Assembly: GCA_964016885.1 (NCBI GenBank)
Contig: OZ024740.1
Coordinates: 298,468,001-298,532,000 of the forward strand
Length of the DNA stretch: 64,000 nucleotides
From: Eledone cirrhosa
Taxonomy: Eukaryota
Reading direction: 5' to 3'
Shown one piece after another: positions 10,818 to 23,394 of this stretch. The position numbers and the translations under genes are program-made. Under the pieces are notes generated by a model. It did no database searches. It saw nothing but the letters and a program-made list of their open reading frames with translations, and had not been told where the DNA came from. How positions within the stretch are numbered: the stretch's first letter is position 1; each line of letters begins with the position of its first letter.

Positions 10818-13800
10818 GTTGCTCGCATGTGTGCGTGCTGAACTCTGGGTCTTTCCGCTGGGAACAACCCCTTGTTTTCTTCCCCCCTTTTTTTGTGTAC
10901 ATCCATCCATTCACTCATTCATTTACTGCCATTCTACCTTCCTGTGTCTCCCCCTCCATGCAGCCCCTTTTCGCTCTCGTTTTCTGGCACATCCATATAT
11001 ATAGGTGAAGTATGCTGCCGTCTTACCAGCACTTTCCCTTCCACCCACACACACCAGCCACCCACCCCTGATGCCGCTCGGTTCCCCAGTCCCCGGCCCT
11101 ACGCCCCATCCCCCACCCCTCCAAATCGACGCCTGCAGCACCAGTAACAAACGAAAGAGGGGCCGGAACTGTTTGGGGTGCGGCTGCTTCCACCACCTCA
11201 CCTGCGTTGGCTTGACTTGCCGAGCTTCCAATGCCCTCGCAGCGTGGAGGTGCAGGAGCTGCCTCTTCCCCATGTCTTCCCAGCCACGGCCGTCTGGCAC
11301 ACCACCAGATGGGACAGGGAGCTTGCCTGACGCCCGAGCCTCGCTGGTCAACATCGCTCGGCTCAGGCGGCTCCGGAAGATCCCACTCAGGATCCCGAGA
11401 GTGGCACGGGTGCCGGTAGCCGATGCCCTCGCTTCCTCGATTGAGAGTGCCCTGGACTCCAATCGAGCCAGTGACTGGGAGCGGCTGTTCTATTTTGCCC
11501 CACTTGCCCTCGGCCTCCCCAGCTCTGGCGCTGACCGGGGCGGCCGGTCAACAGCAGCCTTCGTCGAGTCCAATGTCTCGTCATTTGGGCGAGCGCCCAT
11601 TCCAAGCGTGCCCAGGGATGCCACACACCCTACCCTCAGGTACCCCCTATCCTCCACCCCGAGGCCATCGCCAAGCGTTTGCGTGACCAGGTAAACGCAA
11701 AGCTTATTATGGGTGATGTCTCGGCTGCAGTCAGAGTTGTTGCCTCAGAGGACACTGTCCTGCAACCCACCGAGGAGATCCTGGCTGCTCTGCGGCTCAA
11801 ACACCCTGAGTCACCCACTGATCTCAGACCCATACCCCCACCCGACCCCCACCTGCTCCTTGTGGCTACTGATGCAGATATCATGTCCGCCATCAGGTCC
11901 TTTCCAGCTAGCAGCTGCGGAGGTGTTGATGGTCTCTGCTGAGGCCGGGCGCCGCCTTCTGAGTGCAATTGTGGCGCTCACCAATAGGCTCATTCATGGT
12001 GCCCTCGACCCTTACGCCCGAGGCCTCTTTTTCGGCCAGCCTCACCGCTCTCAGGAAGAAAGAGGGTGGCATACGCCCCATTGCTGTGGGAAATGTCTTC
12101 CGGAGGCTGGCTGCCAAGGTGATCTGCAAGTCCGTCACACACGAACTGGGCGAGGAGTTTAGTCCGGTGCAACTGGGTGTCGGCGTGTCCGGTGGCTGTG
12201 AGGGAGCCTCTCATGCAATCAGGCAGTTCTTCAGCAGCTGCCCATCGGTTCCGGCATCCAGTGACTCCGGGCACCTCATTGTCAAGCTTGACATGAGGAA
12301 TGCCTTTAACTCTTTACCCCGGGATCATCTGCTCGAGGCCTGCCTCAGCCGAGCCCCCTCTGCCTACCTGCTGGCCTACCTGTCATATGGAGCCCCGAGC
12401 ATGCTCCTAGCTGCTGATATGGTCATACCCTCGGCTACTGGGGTCCAACAGGGCGACCCTTTGGGACCCCTCCTGTTCGCCCTTGGTATTGACCACATGC
12501 CCGGAGTATCACGGCCCCTCTCAATGTTTGGTATCTGGATGATGCTACGTTGGGCGGGCCCGTGCGGACAGTCTGCCAAGACCTTTAATCGGTGATTCCT
12601 GCCTTGGCGGGAATCGGCCTCCAGGTCAACTCGGCCAAGTCAGAGGTGGTGAACGTCAGCCTCGATGCTGCGAGCTTTGCGGCCTCCGTCTTGGACGTGT
12701 GGTCCATTCTCCGCCAGGCTCAGGTGACCCCCAAAGAGGATGTCTTCATCCTCGGGTCACCGATTCACCCGCCGGCCATCCGCTCCACCATCAGGTCCAG
12801 GCTTCAACAGCTCCAGACTCTCACGAGCCGACTGGGTTTGATTGACGGCCACCCAGCTCTCTTTCTGCTGAGGAACTGCTTCGCCGTGCCGAAGCTCCTC
12901 TATACACTCCTCAGCGCTCCATGCTACACCCAGACATCTCTCCTCGCTGACCTCGATACTTGTATCCGAGCAGCAGCCGAGGGGATATGCAACGTCAAGT
13001 TTGACGACATAGGGTGGCAACAGGCCACTTTACCGGTCAGGTATGGCGGCCTAGGCCTCCGATCCCCGATCTCACTAGCTTTGCCGGTGTATCTTTCGTT
13101 GGTAACCTCGTGCCGTGTCCTCGTTAGCAGGGTTCTTCAAAACACAACAGAACCCTTTGTGTTCAGAGAACGTGAGGCTGCCTGTGAGACGTGGGATCGG
13201 CTGGGACTTAGCCCAGTAGACGTCCTTCCTCCTTCTTCCCCTGTTGACGTCAAGTCCCCCCAACGCAATTGGGATGCCCACCAGTGCAGCCTGGCCTCAG
13301 ACAGGCTCATGCGCCAGCTCGACCAGCACCGCCTTGCTTGTTTTCATGCGGCCTCCAAACCCCACAGTGGTGCCTGGCTCCATGCTCTGCCCTCCTTCTC
13401 CACTGGCTCCATGCTCTGCCCTCCTTCTCCACTGGCATGCATCTAGACAACCATAGCCTGCGAATCGGCGTTTCCCTGAGGCTCGGCCTCCGGATCTGCC
13501 AGCCACACCAATGTCGCTGCGGTTCCACCGTGGACTCTTTCGGCCTCCACCCGCTTCCTGTCGCCGCATTCCACGCCATACTGCCCTCAACGAGGTCATT
13601 AAGCATGGCCTGGATGCTGCAGGCTTCCCTTCCCAGCTCGAGCCAGTGGGGCTGGACGAGGGGACGGCAAAAGGCCAGATGGCATGACCATCTACCCGTT
13701 CCACGGTGGCAAACCTCCCGTCTGGGATGCCACTTGCACCGACACTTTCTGCAGCCGCAACCTGGTGCAGTCTGTGACTGACCCAGGTTCTGCTGCACGT

Positions 13801-14150
13801 CGGGCTGAGGAGGCCAAACTCCTCAAATACCGGTTGCTCTCCGACAGGTTTGCGGTCGTTCCCCTGGCAGTGGAAACTTCTGGTGTCCTTGGCCCCAGGG
13901 CTACCTCTTTACTCACCACCCAAGGCGCTGAGCTGACCAGCCGCAGGTGTGAGCCCCGCGAGTTGGAGTGGCTTTTCCAGCGCATCTCCCTTGCCGTCCT
14001 CCGGGGAAACGCCTTCTCCATTCTGTCCGCCGGGGCTGTGGGTGGGCCCCATCGCGTACCAATACATTAGTTAAATACCATTCTTTCATCGTTACAACTT
14101 ATATCCACATTAAAACTTATATCCACATTAATTATTTGTAAAATATCTAT
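10818..14150 (+). mobile_element. CRE-clade non-LTR retrotransposon (RT plus restriction-like endonuclease), frameshifted
   Basis: GC-rich island; GGIRPIAVGNVFRRLAAK, QLGVG, KLDMRNAFNS, GVQQGDPLGPLLF, WYLDD, LPVRYGGLG, CRCG..H, RPDG, WDAT, K..KY, PLAVETSG, QRISLAVLRGNA across ORFs 11005..14070. Confidence 0.9.
11005..14070 (+). pseudogene. Disrupted single ORF: PHD-like finger, RT, zinc knuckle, REL endonuclease
   Basis: Consecutive ORFs in changing frames (11005, 11679, 11963, 12592, 13269, 13684); 29-bp tandem duplication at 13374-13431 causes one shift. Confidence 0.88.
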
Positions 14151-14880
14151 TTCTTTATTTTCTCCTGTATACTTAAGATCTGCCAAAAAGAGAAGTATTA
14201 TCTTAAGTATGCTTGTTCTGTATGTTATCTAAATATTATTCATTTCTTATATTGGCTCCAGAGAGCTTCAAGTCAGTTAAAACAATCCTAGTATTTACTG
14301 GATAAATATCAAGAATAGTATGATGGGGGTAGTGTTGATTATGGTGATGGTGGCAATAAAGATGGGTGATGATAAAAGTGAATGAGTGATGGATAGCAGT
14401 AAGGATGGATGATGGTGTGAGTTGTAGATGTCAATGAAGAGTCAAAAGATGAGTGATGGTTAGATGTAAAAAAGAATGGAAGGAGCGATACTGATAGGTG
14501 TCAAAATTGTTGTGATCACCAGTTAGACAGCTGAATGCCCTGCAGTGCAAGCTGTATGTAAAATATTTAAAACAGAAAAGCAAAAAAAAAAAAAAAAATT
14601 ATAATAAATAAAATGAAAAAGAAATAAATAAAAATTTAAAAGAAATGTTTAACTGTAGCAAAGATGGTTGAGTATAGTAAACTTATTGAACATTTGAGAA
14701 CAGGAAGAAGCCAATTTTCAGATTGGACCAAAGAAACAATGTATCCATTGGTCTTTCCATTGTTGATATTATCTGCTGATTGCAACTCCTGGTTGAGGGA
14801 ACATGAGAAGGAATTTATAAATCCAGGATGCTATTTATATTATTTTAATCTTGGTTTCAAACAGCACTTTTAACTATTTA

Positions 14881-15077
14881 TTAACCAACCCAGTCAAAAC
14901 CAGCTCCGGTTCTAGGAAATAAAAGTTTCCAATTTAAATAAAAAATCTTCCAACATAATTTTATATAAGAACACATTAAGTTACTATCTTAGTACTGAAA
15001 TAATATCCCTCAAAATTCTTCATTACATAATTAAAATAGAGTGTATTTCATTAAAAATGCAGTCATGAAAGAGTTAA
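14881..15077. mobile_element. TTAA piggyBac-type MITE family 2 (also ~15308-15550, 16414-16577, ~36738-36935, 54202-54411, 56705-56940)
   Basis: TTAA-cc(c)ttt(t)gatacc...aatatggtaatgaaaggg-TTAA pattern with shared AT-rich body. Confidence 0.7.
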
Positions 15078-15926
15078 TCTATACTGTTTTAGTGAAGAGC
15101 ATTTCACTTTGCTGTACTGTCTGCGTTTTTATATGTCTATCTCAATGTTTTTGATGTGGACATTAATAACAGACATAAGTGAAGGGGGCTTTGGTTTATT
15201 GGATGACAGCTACAGTTCAATTCTGAAATCTTTTATCATATTTTAAACTTATAAAATAAATTTGGAAGGGATTTGTAAAATAACCATTTCCTTATTGGTA
15301 TATTGAGACTTTTGATACCATATTTCTAATGGAACACACTATAACTTCCAAATAATTTTTTAATAATAAAGTATTTGGTGGGATTTAGTAATATAACTTT
15401 CTCTTAAGTTGGTATTTGGAATATAACTTAACAAAGGTTTATATACAAAATTATAATAGAAGGTTTTTAGATAAATACAAATGCTTTGTAATAAATGTGT
15501 TGATTGTAGAACTAGGGCCAGTTTCAGGTGGTTTAGTATCAAAAGGTTAAACTGTTATTTAGAATATATTTTGAAAGAGTATTATATGGAAAGAAAATGG
15601 GACTTTAAATTATGGAAATCTTTCATTATTATTCATGTGGTTGGTGTTATGAAGGCATCCAGCCGTAGAAAACCTGCCAGATAGTCCTATATGAGCGAGA
15701 CACGGTCACCCGACCAACCTTGCCTCAAATTGGGACAACTCCCATCTAACCCATGCTAGCGTGGAAGATGGACGTTAAACGATGATGATGATTGGGTCAA
15801 TAAAATAAAGTACCAATAACAACCTTGGGTCGATTTAATTGACTTTCCCTTTCCTCCAAATTGTTGGCCTTGTCTCTAAATCAGAAACCATTATTAATAT
15901 ATTATTTATTTTTCAAAATTTTACAG

Positions 15927-15974
15927 CTTCTGCAGCTTTATCTCTTTCAAGTATTCCATGGAATGGACCAGTTG
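15927..15974 (+). CDS. PNPT1: Next internal exon (48 bp, phase 1/1) of PNPase
   Basis: ttttacag acceptor and gtaagt donor; splices in frame to 8027-8090 giving [17 protein letters not shown], the conserved PNPase ASxALxLSxIPWxGPVG motif. Confidence 0.95.
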
Positions 15975-16589
15975 GTAAGTTCTTAAAAATTTAACTTCAT
16001 TTATCCCACTGCCCCATTATGTAAAATTTTTAGTTTTTAATAGTACTAAATTTCTTAGTTTGGAATTTACCAAAATCTAGGTCTTGACTTCTCAAGACAG
16101 TTTAGAATAAAATATTTTTATGAATAACAGGATGAAGGATAGCAGTCATGAATTTTTTCAGGACCTCCGAGACTATTTGGATAAAAGAGTGGAAGCAACC
16201 ATGACTTTTGAATTATTGCACTAGAAAGCAGTGTATCAAAATATTGAGTTATTCCTAAACCAGAAACCTTATTCAAATGCTTACAACACACTGGGCTCTG
16301 TTAAAGACACTCAGGGGTTTGTGAAAGGAAAAACTGAAGGATTTTTTATTATGGCGCAAGATCAAAGCTCCTACTCCAGGAAGCATCACAAGCACTTAAC
16401 GAAGAAGAATACATTAACTCTTTCAATGCCAACCCACTCAAACCTCCCTCTTCTTTTATGCAACAAAGCCACCCATTATAATACCATTTAAATGATTTTA
16501 GTAAATCTCTCCAAATTCTTCAGTAATTAATTCAAATGTAGTGTATTTTATTAGAAATATAGTAATAAAAGGGTTAAGTACCTGTAGAA

Positions 16590-17130
16590 TATGCAGAGGT
16601 GGGGAAGAAAATTGGCTAGATTGTCTTTGATTGTTTGGTCTCAACAAAAAAAATATATATCCAGAGACATGACAGAATTGGCATGTACACTCATTAGAAG
16701 TTATACCGTCATTATAAAATACCAACAGAAAAGAGGTGGTGTAGACATAAACCAGAAAGAGTGTCATTATAACAAAGCAACCACACTCTGGGATATATCT
16801 ATACATACATACAGACAGGAAGATCAAGGCTAATTAATCAGGTATTATACTCAAAGACTAGCAGAAAAAGAAATGCCTCCTATTTGATGTATCATTCTAA
16901 TATATGAGAATGTATCTTTCAAAAAGATGGAGAAATTATCCAAATTTCAAAATATAGAAATTGAGATAATCTGAATGTTGGTATTGAAGTCAGAAACATT
17001 CCCTTGGGAATGATAAAAAATAAACAAACAGGGACGTGTAAATAAATACATAACCAAAACTCCAAGACTTACAAATATGTACAACTTACAGCATTCTAGG
17101 CATTACACATACATTACACAAAGTAGTTTC
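16590..17130 (+). mobile_element. Decayed R4/Dong-like non-LTR fragment (REL endonuclease); second fragment at ~17600-17790
   Basis: TLWDISIHT..IKAN..IILKD..KKKCLLFDVS..EKLSK; second piece LIDVSGPTDENISTKEIEKLSKYKDLKREI*MWRLK. Confidence 0.7.
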
Positions 17131-17235
17131 AAAACAATAGAAACATTGCTACCACTGCACATACATAAGACTCAGATACCTGTGCTTGGTTATACAGTGA
17201 CAGCATGCAATAAAAATAAAACTAATGTATATTAT

Positions 17236-17585
17236 CATCATCATTTTACATCCGCTTTTCCCTGCTTGCAAGGGTTGGACGGGTCCTATTCAGCACAGCA
17301 TCTCCCCAAATTGTCACGTCCTTTGTCATCTGCTCGGTGAGTTTCAGTGATCTGAGGTCTGCTCTCACCACCTCCGCCCATGTTTTTCGTGGTCTACCTC
17401 TGCTGCATCTTCCTTCTACTGGCATTTCTTGGCACTTCTTTACCCAGCAGTCATCCTCCATGCGCATCACATATCCATACCATCTCGGCCTTCTCTCCTG
17501 CACACCACAACTTATCCCTCTTATACCCAGTTTCTTTCTCAACTCGTCTATGCTTGGTCGTTCACACACATTGGCATTGCAGAAC
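17236..17585 (-). mobile_element. RTE LINE 3' fragment
   Basis: ORF 17246..17620 ELRKKLGIRGI..RWYGYVMRM..GRPRKTW; (cat)n tail. Confidence 0.85.
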
Positions 17586-17856
17586 CAACAGAGCATAATA
17601 ATAATAATAATAAAGACCACAAAGAAAAAAGTTTTCTAATTGATGTATCTGGCCCCACAGACGAAAATATATCAACCAAGGAAATCGAGAAATTGTCCAA
17701 ATATAAAGATCTAAAGAGAGAAATAATCTGAATGTGGAGGCTGAAAGCAGAAACAATCCCTAAACTAATAAGTGTTTTGGAAATGATACATACACACACA
17801 CACACACACACATACATAACCCAAACCAGGCACTGAACACATATTACGATGAGTAC

Positions 17857-20705
17857 TCATCATCATCATCATCATCAGGTTTAGCGTCCGTGTTCCACGC
17901 TTGCATGGGTTTGGACGGGGGTTTTCCCACTTGAGGCAAGAGTGGTTGTCTTGCTCGCATAGGACTGTCTGGCGGGTTTTCTACAGTTGGATGCCCTTCC
18001 TAACACCAACCACATTTACAGTGTGGGGCTGGGAGGTTTTTACCGTGTTGCCTACACGGCCACATTACAGCGTGGACTGTCTGGCGGGTTTTCTACAGCT
18101 GGATGCCCTTCCTAACACCAACCACATTTACAGTGTGGGGCTGGGAGGTTTTTACCGTGTTGCCTACACGGCCACATTTACAGCGTGGACTGTGTGTTTT
18201 TTTGTCGTGACACCTACACGATCTCATTTGTTTCGGCCTGGATGTTGTGGGACCAACATAACTGTACATTGAAAGGGGCGGTGTGGATGGGGTGGAGGTG
18301 GTGGGACGGGGGGGTGTTTTGATAGAGATGCCTACTGACTGTAGTAGGTTTTTACTTTGTATTTAGGTAAGGCGGGTCTTCTCTATTACTGAGTACCGCC
18401 AAAGGTCTCGGTCCAGTGACATTGTCTTGGAGAGGTGTAAGCGTGTGAGGTCGGAATTTATCAGCTCGTCCCATGTTTTTCTGGGTCTGCCTACTCCGTG
18501 GCTACCGTCTATCTTTATTGCCCTGCACTTTGTTATACAGCTGTCGTCTTTCATGCGCATCACGTGACCGTACCAACGTAGCCTTCTCTCGAGTAAACAA
18601 CATCTGATCCCTCTTATTTCTAATTTTTTCCTTAGTTCGTTTATGCTTTGCCGTTCACGTATATTACTATTGCACATCCAGCGGAGCATGCAAGCTTCGT
18701 TCCTCTCTAGTCTGCGTATATCCTCTGCACACAATGCCCAGGTCTCACTGCCATGCAGCATTGCTGTTCGTATGCAGGCATCGTATAACCTGCCTTTCAT
18801 TTTTAGGGAGAACCCTCTAGCGGCTAATAGTGGTATAAGCTCTCTGAACTTTTTCCATCCAGTTCTGACTCTAGCTACTGTACTTTCAGAGCACCCTCCC
18901 CCACTGCTGATTTTGTCACCCAGGTAACGGAAGCTGTCCACTATTTCTATAGAACCCTCTGCGCAGTTGAAGGAGCTAGTATTTTGTGGGCACTTGCTGC
19001 TACTTATTGCACCAGAGCACCGGCCACATGTAAAATCTATGTTCTTAGTTAGCTTACCTGTGATCCCACTACATCTTTTATGCACCCATACTTTGCATTT
19101 GGGACATAAAATGGAGTTTCTACCTACGCCTTTCCTACACACTGAGCATGGCCATTTCCCAGATGGGACTGCCGCCATATTTTCTTTCCTACAAACTAGA
19201 ACTTTTGTCTTAGCCAGGTTAATTTTAAGGCCTTTTGATTCTAGGCCGTGCTTCCATGTTTGGAATTTCTTCTCTAGTTCGGTCATTGATTCAGCTATGA
19301 GCGTTAGATCATCTGCGTATAGGAGTTCCCATGGGCAGCCGGTCTTGAACTCCTCTGTTATAGCCTGAAGGGCAATAATAAATAGTAGGGGGCTAAGAAC
19401 AGAACCCTGATGGACACCAACTTTTACGCTAAACTCTTCACTATATTCGTTGTTAATTCTAACCTTACTGACTGTTTCTTTATACATGGCTTGTATAGCT
19501 CTCACAAGCCATTCGTCAACACCTAGTTTTCTAAGAGACCACCAGATAATGGAACGGGGGACTCTGTCGAAGGCTTTCTCCAAGTCGACAAAAGCTAAGT
19601 ATAGGGGTTTACTTTTAGCTAGGTACTTCTCCTGTAGTTGTCGTACAATGAAAAGAGCGTCTGTGGTACTTTTGCCTGACACAAACCCGAACTGCATTTC
19701 ATCTAGATCAATTCTCTCTCTGATTAGTTGCGCTATTACTTTTTCCGTGACCTTCATGACCTAGTCGATTAATTTAATGCCTCTATAGTTACTCCTATCT
19801 AGGGCATCTCCTTTTCCCTTATAGCAGTTAACGATGATGCTGCTACGCCAGTCCTTCGGAACAACCCCATTCTGTACGACTTGGTTAACTATCTGGGTGA
19901 CCATGGTGTGTCCCACCGAACCAGATGCCTTCAGCATCTCAGCAACTATTTCCGAAGGACCAGCCGCCTTACCCGTCTTCATATCTTTGATTGCCTTGCT
20001 TATTGTACTACCCTGGACTAACACTGCTGGTCCCTCTATTGGGTCGATGTGGGGGAGACTGTCTTTCTCCCATTTGTTCTCCTCATTTAGAAGCCTTTCG
20101 TAGTGACACTTCCAAGCTACCTTCTTATCAGCGTCGGTGATGGCAAGTATGCCATCATCGTTAAGCACACACTTCTCCCCGACAATATCACGGTTTTCCT
20201 TGACACATTGCCTGGCAATCCTGAACACCTCACGTTTTTGGTCCTCACGTTGTAGAACATGCTTGAACTTTCTTTCCTCTGCTTCCCTTCTTGCGAAGTA
20301 CACTTGTCTCCTAGCTTCCCTCCTGGCTACCTGATAGTCTTCTCTACTTCCCCCATCCCGCCATGCTTTCCAAGCCTGCTTTTTGGCCTTAATTGACTCC
20401 TCCACCTTACTGTTCCACCACCATGTTACTCTCCTCCTACCTACAGGCCTGCTCCAGCCACAGACTTCGTCTGCCGCCGTCAGCAGGTTTGCTCTCAGGA
20501 ATTCCCACTGTTCCTCTATATTATACGACTCTAATTGCTCTTCCTTACTGTCGAAAGCGTCAAGTAATATGCTTTGAAATTTATTTCTGGCTATGGGGTC
20601 CTTTAGCTTCCATATTTTTCTCTTGAGGATAGTCCTCTTCCGCTGTCTAGTACGTCTCGTCCTGACTATGAGGTCGCTAATTATCAGTCTATGTTGGGAG
20701 GTGAA
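17857..20705 (-). mobile_element. RTE-clade LINE, 5'-truncated, young
   Basis: ORFs 19761..20762 and 18363..19757 separated by one in-frame stop; FVDLEKAFD, GVHQGSVLSP, LYADD; ~480-bp 3' UTR and (GAT)n tail. Confidence 0.95.
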
Positions 20706-21446
20706 TCCACATGCAATAACAATAAGATTAATAGTAATAATAATTATTTCTACTTTTGGCACAAGGCCAGCAATTATCCCAGTGCATTACTGGTACTTTA
20801 TTTCATCGACCCCGTAAGGATGAAAGGCAAAGTTAACCTCGGCGGGATTTGAACTCAGACCATAAAGGACCGTAACTCTTTGCGTCAAAGCATGGCGTCC
20901 GACCCTCTACCGATACTGCCAATCCATCGCCCTATTAATAGTAATAATAATGATATAATTTCCTAGTTGACTACTTACAGCTTAACTCATGTATGTTTTC
21001 CCATGTATGTTCAAACCAACATTGAGAGATAAAGAAACACACACATATATCATTATCATCACTGTTCAATGCCCATTTTTCCATGCTAGCATGGGTTAGA
21101 CGGGTTGTCCTGTTGTTAGAAATGCTAGGTCAGGTGACCATGTCTTACCCATATAAAACTGGTTTTGGTTAGGTTTTTACAGTTGCCCTTCCTAATGCCA
21201 ACCACATTTATAGTGTGTACTGGGTGCTTTTTGACATGATACCTACACAACCACTACACAGTGTGGGCTGAGTGCTTTTTGTCGTGTTGTCATCACAACC
21301 ACTTTACAGTGTGGGCTGGGCGCTTTTTGTCATGTCACCATCATGACCACTATTATGTGTAGACTGGCTGCTTTTTGTCGTGTCACCATCACAACCAATT
21401 GCTAGTATGTGTATTCAGAGACAGATTTCATAGGCCATTTTGCTAT

Positions 21447-21809
21447 CTCCTTATAATATATAACCAGCAATTTCTCTGTCGGTCTGTCCGACAGTGGAAA
21501 CACGTGCACGCGTGCGAATGTTTTTTGCGCACGCGTAGAGAGAGAGTGAGAGTGAAAGAAAGAGACAGACGAGAGGGAGATAGCGAGAGAGAGAGAGTGA
21601 ATAGACGCTAAAACACGTGCGCGCGTGTGAATGTTTTTTGCGCACGCATATAGAGAGAGTGAGAGTGAAAGAAAGAGACAGACTACAAGAGGGGGATAGC
21701 GGGAGGGAGAGAGGGGGGAATTGATATATACACACAGAAATATATATACATTTCTGTGTGTAATATATATATATATACACACAGAAATATATATACATTT
21801 CTGTGTGTG

Positions 21810-21846
<37 letters not shown>

Positions 21847-21899
21847 GAAATATATATACATTTCTGTGTGTGTAATATATATACATTTCTGTGTGTGTA

Positions 21900-21930
<31 letters not shown>

Positions 21931-21946
21931 GAAATATATATATATT

Positions 21947-21978
<32 letters not shown>

Positions 21979-23394
21979 ACACACACAGAAATGTATATAT
22001 ATTTCTGTGTGTGTATATATATATATATTACACACACAGAAATGTATATATATATACACACAGAAATATATGTACATCCCTTAGCTACTGTACTGTATCT
22101 GTTGCCATCTCTCTCTCTCTCCTGCTATCCCTCTCTTTTAGTCTGTCTGTTTCTATCACTCTCACTATTTCTCTTTGTAACACACTAACGTTCCTCCCCT
22201 CTATCGCTGTGACGAATGGGGAGATGGAGGAGGAGGAGGAGGAGAGAGTCACTTTGTCACTTCACCTCTGCCTTTCTTTCTCTCCCCTCTCACTCCCTCA
22301 TTACGTACAGACATTAGGGCGGTGGATTGGCAGAATCTGTAGAGAGTCGGACACCATGCTTCATAGCATGGAGTTACGTCCCTTTACGGTCTGAGTTCAA
22401 ATACCGCCGAGGTTAACTTTGCCTTTCATCCTCACGGGGTCGATAAAATAAAGTACCAGTAATGTACTAGGTATTTGCTGGCCTTGTGCCAAAAGTAGAA
22501 ACAATTATTAGAAATATTGCTTCATTTTTACATATCTAAGCATTAGTAAAATAACTAATAATTTCAAAAGTAATTTTTCAATTCCAATTGTTATGAACAG
22601 CAAAACAATAATAATTTTGTTCTAAGAAATATATATACATTTCTGTGTGTGTAATATATATATATATACACACACAGAAATATATATACATTTCTGTGTG
22701 TGTAATATATATATATACACACAGAAATATATATATATATACACACAGAAATATATATACATTTCTGTGTGTGTAATATATATATATATACACACAGAAA
22801 TATATATACATTTCTGTGTGTGTAATATATATATATATATATATACACACACAGAAATATATGGGCATTTGTCTGTCTGTCTGTCTGGCCTTCCCTAAAA
22901 CTCAAATGTAGGTGCTACAGAAATAGTACCTTCCCCTTCCTTTCTCCACTTTGGTACTACCAAGAGAAACACTGTCGCTATAGAAACATTACCTTCCCCT
23001 CTCCACTGACTTTGGTCACTGAGGCTGAAGGAATCGCTGGTTGCTATAGAGACACCTTGCACAAGCCAGAAGTAACCAGTTCGAGGCGGTTCTGACTTAA
23101 CACCATGCCAAGGACCATTTGAAGATATATTTCCATCGTTATATCATAACGTTTATGTATCATAACGTTTATATTTCCATCACTAATCTCTTTTTCTCCT
23201 TTTTCGTTTTAACATATATTTATTTCAAAGATTTCACCGTATAGATAACATATATATTTATACATGCATAAAAGACACACCGAGAGACGGTGAACATGTG
23301 GTGCCGAAAACATTTCTCATCCAAATCTCAACAATATCAGTATATACACTAGATTTGCTCGCAGAAAACCGCCCACTGGGTGGATTTCTGCTAG
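21447..23394 (+). mobile_element. Composite of non-autonomous Helitron-like elements with palindromic minisatellites
   Basis: 5' TC..atatataa start with gtctgtc microsatellite; 3' hairpin cagaaaaccgcccactgggtggatttctg followed by CTAG; interrupted by SINE 22315-22510. Confidence 0.55.
21725..22070. repeat. Palindromic minisatellite (cacacagaaat-atatatac-atttctgtgtg plus (TA)n); second array at 22625-22860
   Basis: Direct reading; unit orientation flips at ~21965. Confidence 0.9.

Noticed and set aside
18643-20817. Plus-strand ORFs antisense to RTE (and equivalents at 32198-33139, 37751-39918, 58065-59308)
   Set aside because: Shadow frames of the retrotransposon ORF with no recognisable motifs
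21402-22905. Long YI/CV/HT-rich ORFs
   Set aside because: Translations of (TA)/(CA) minisatellites
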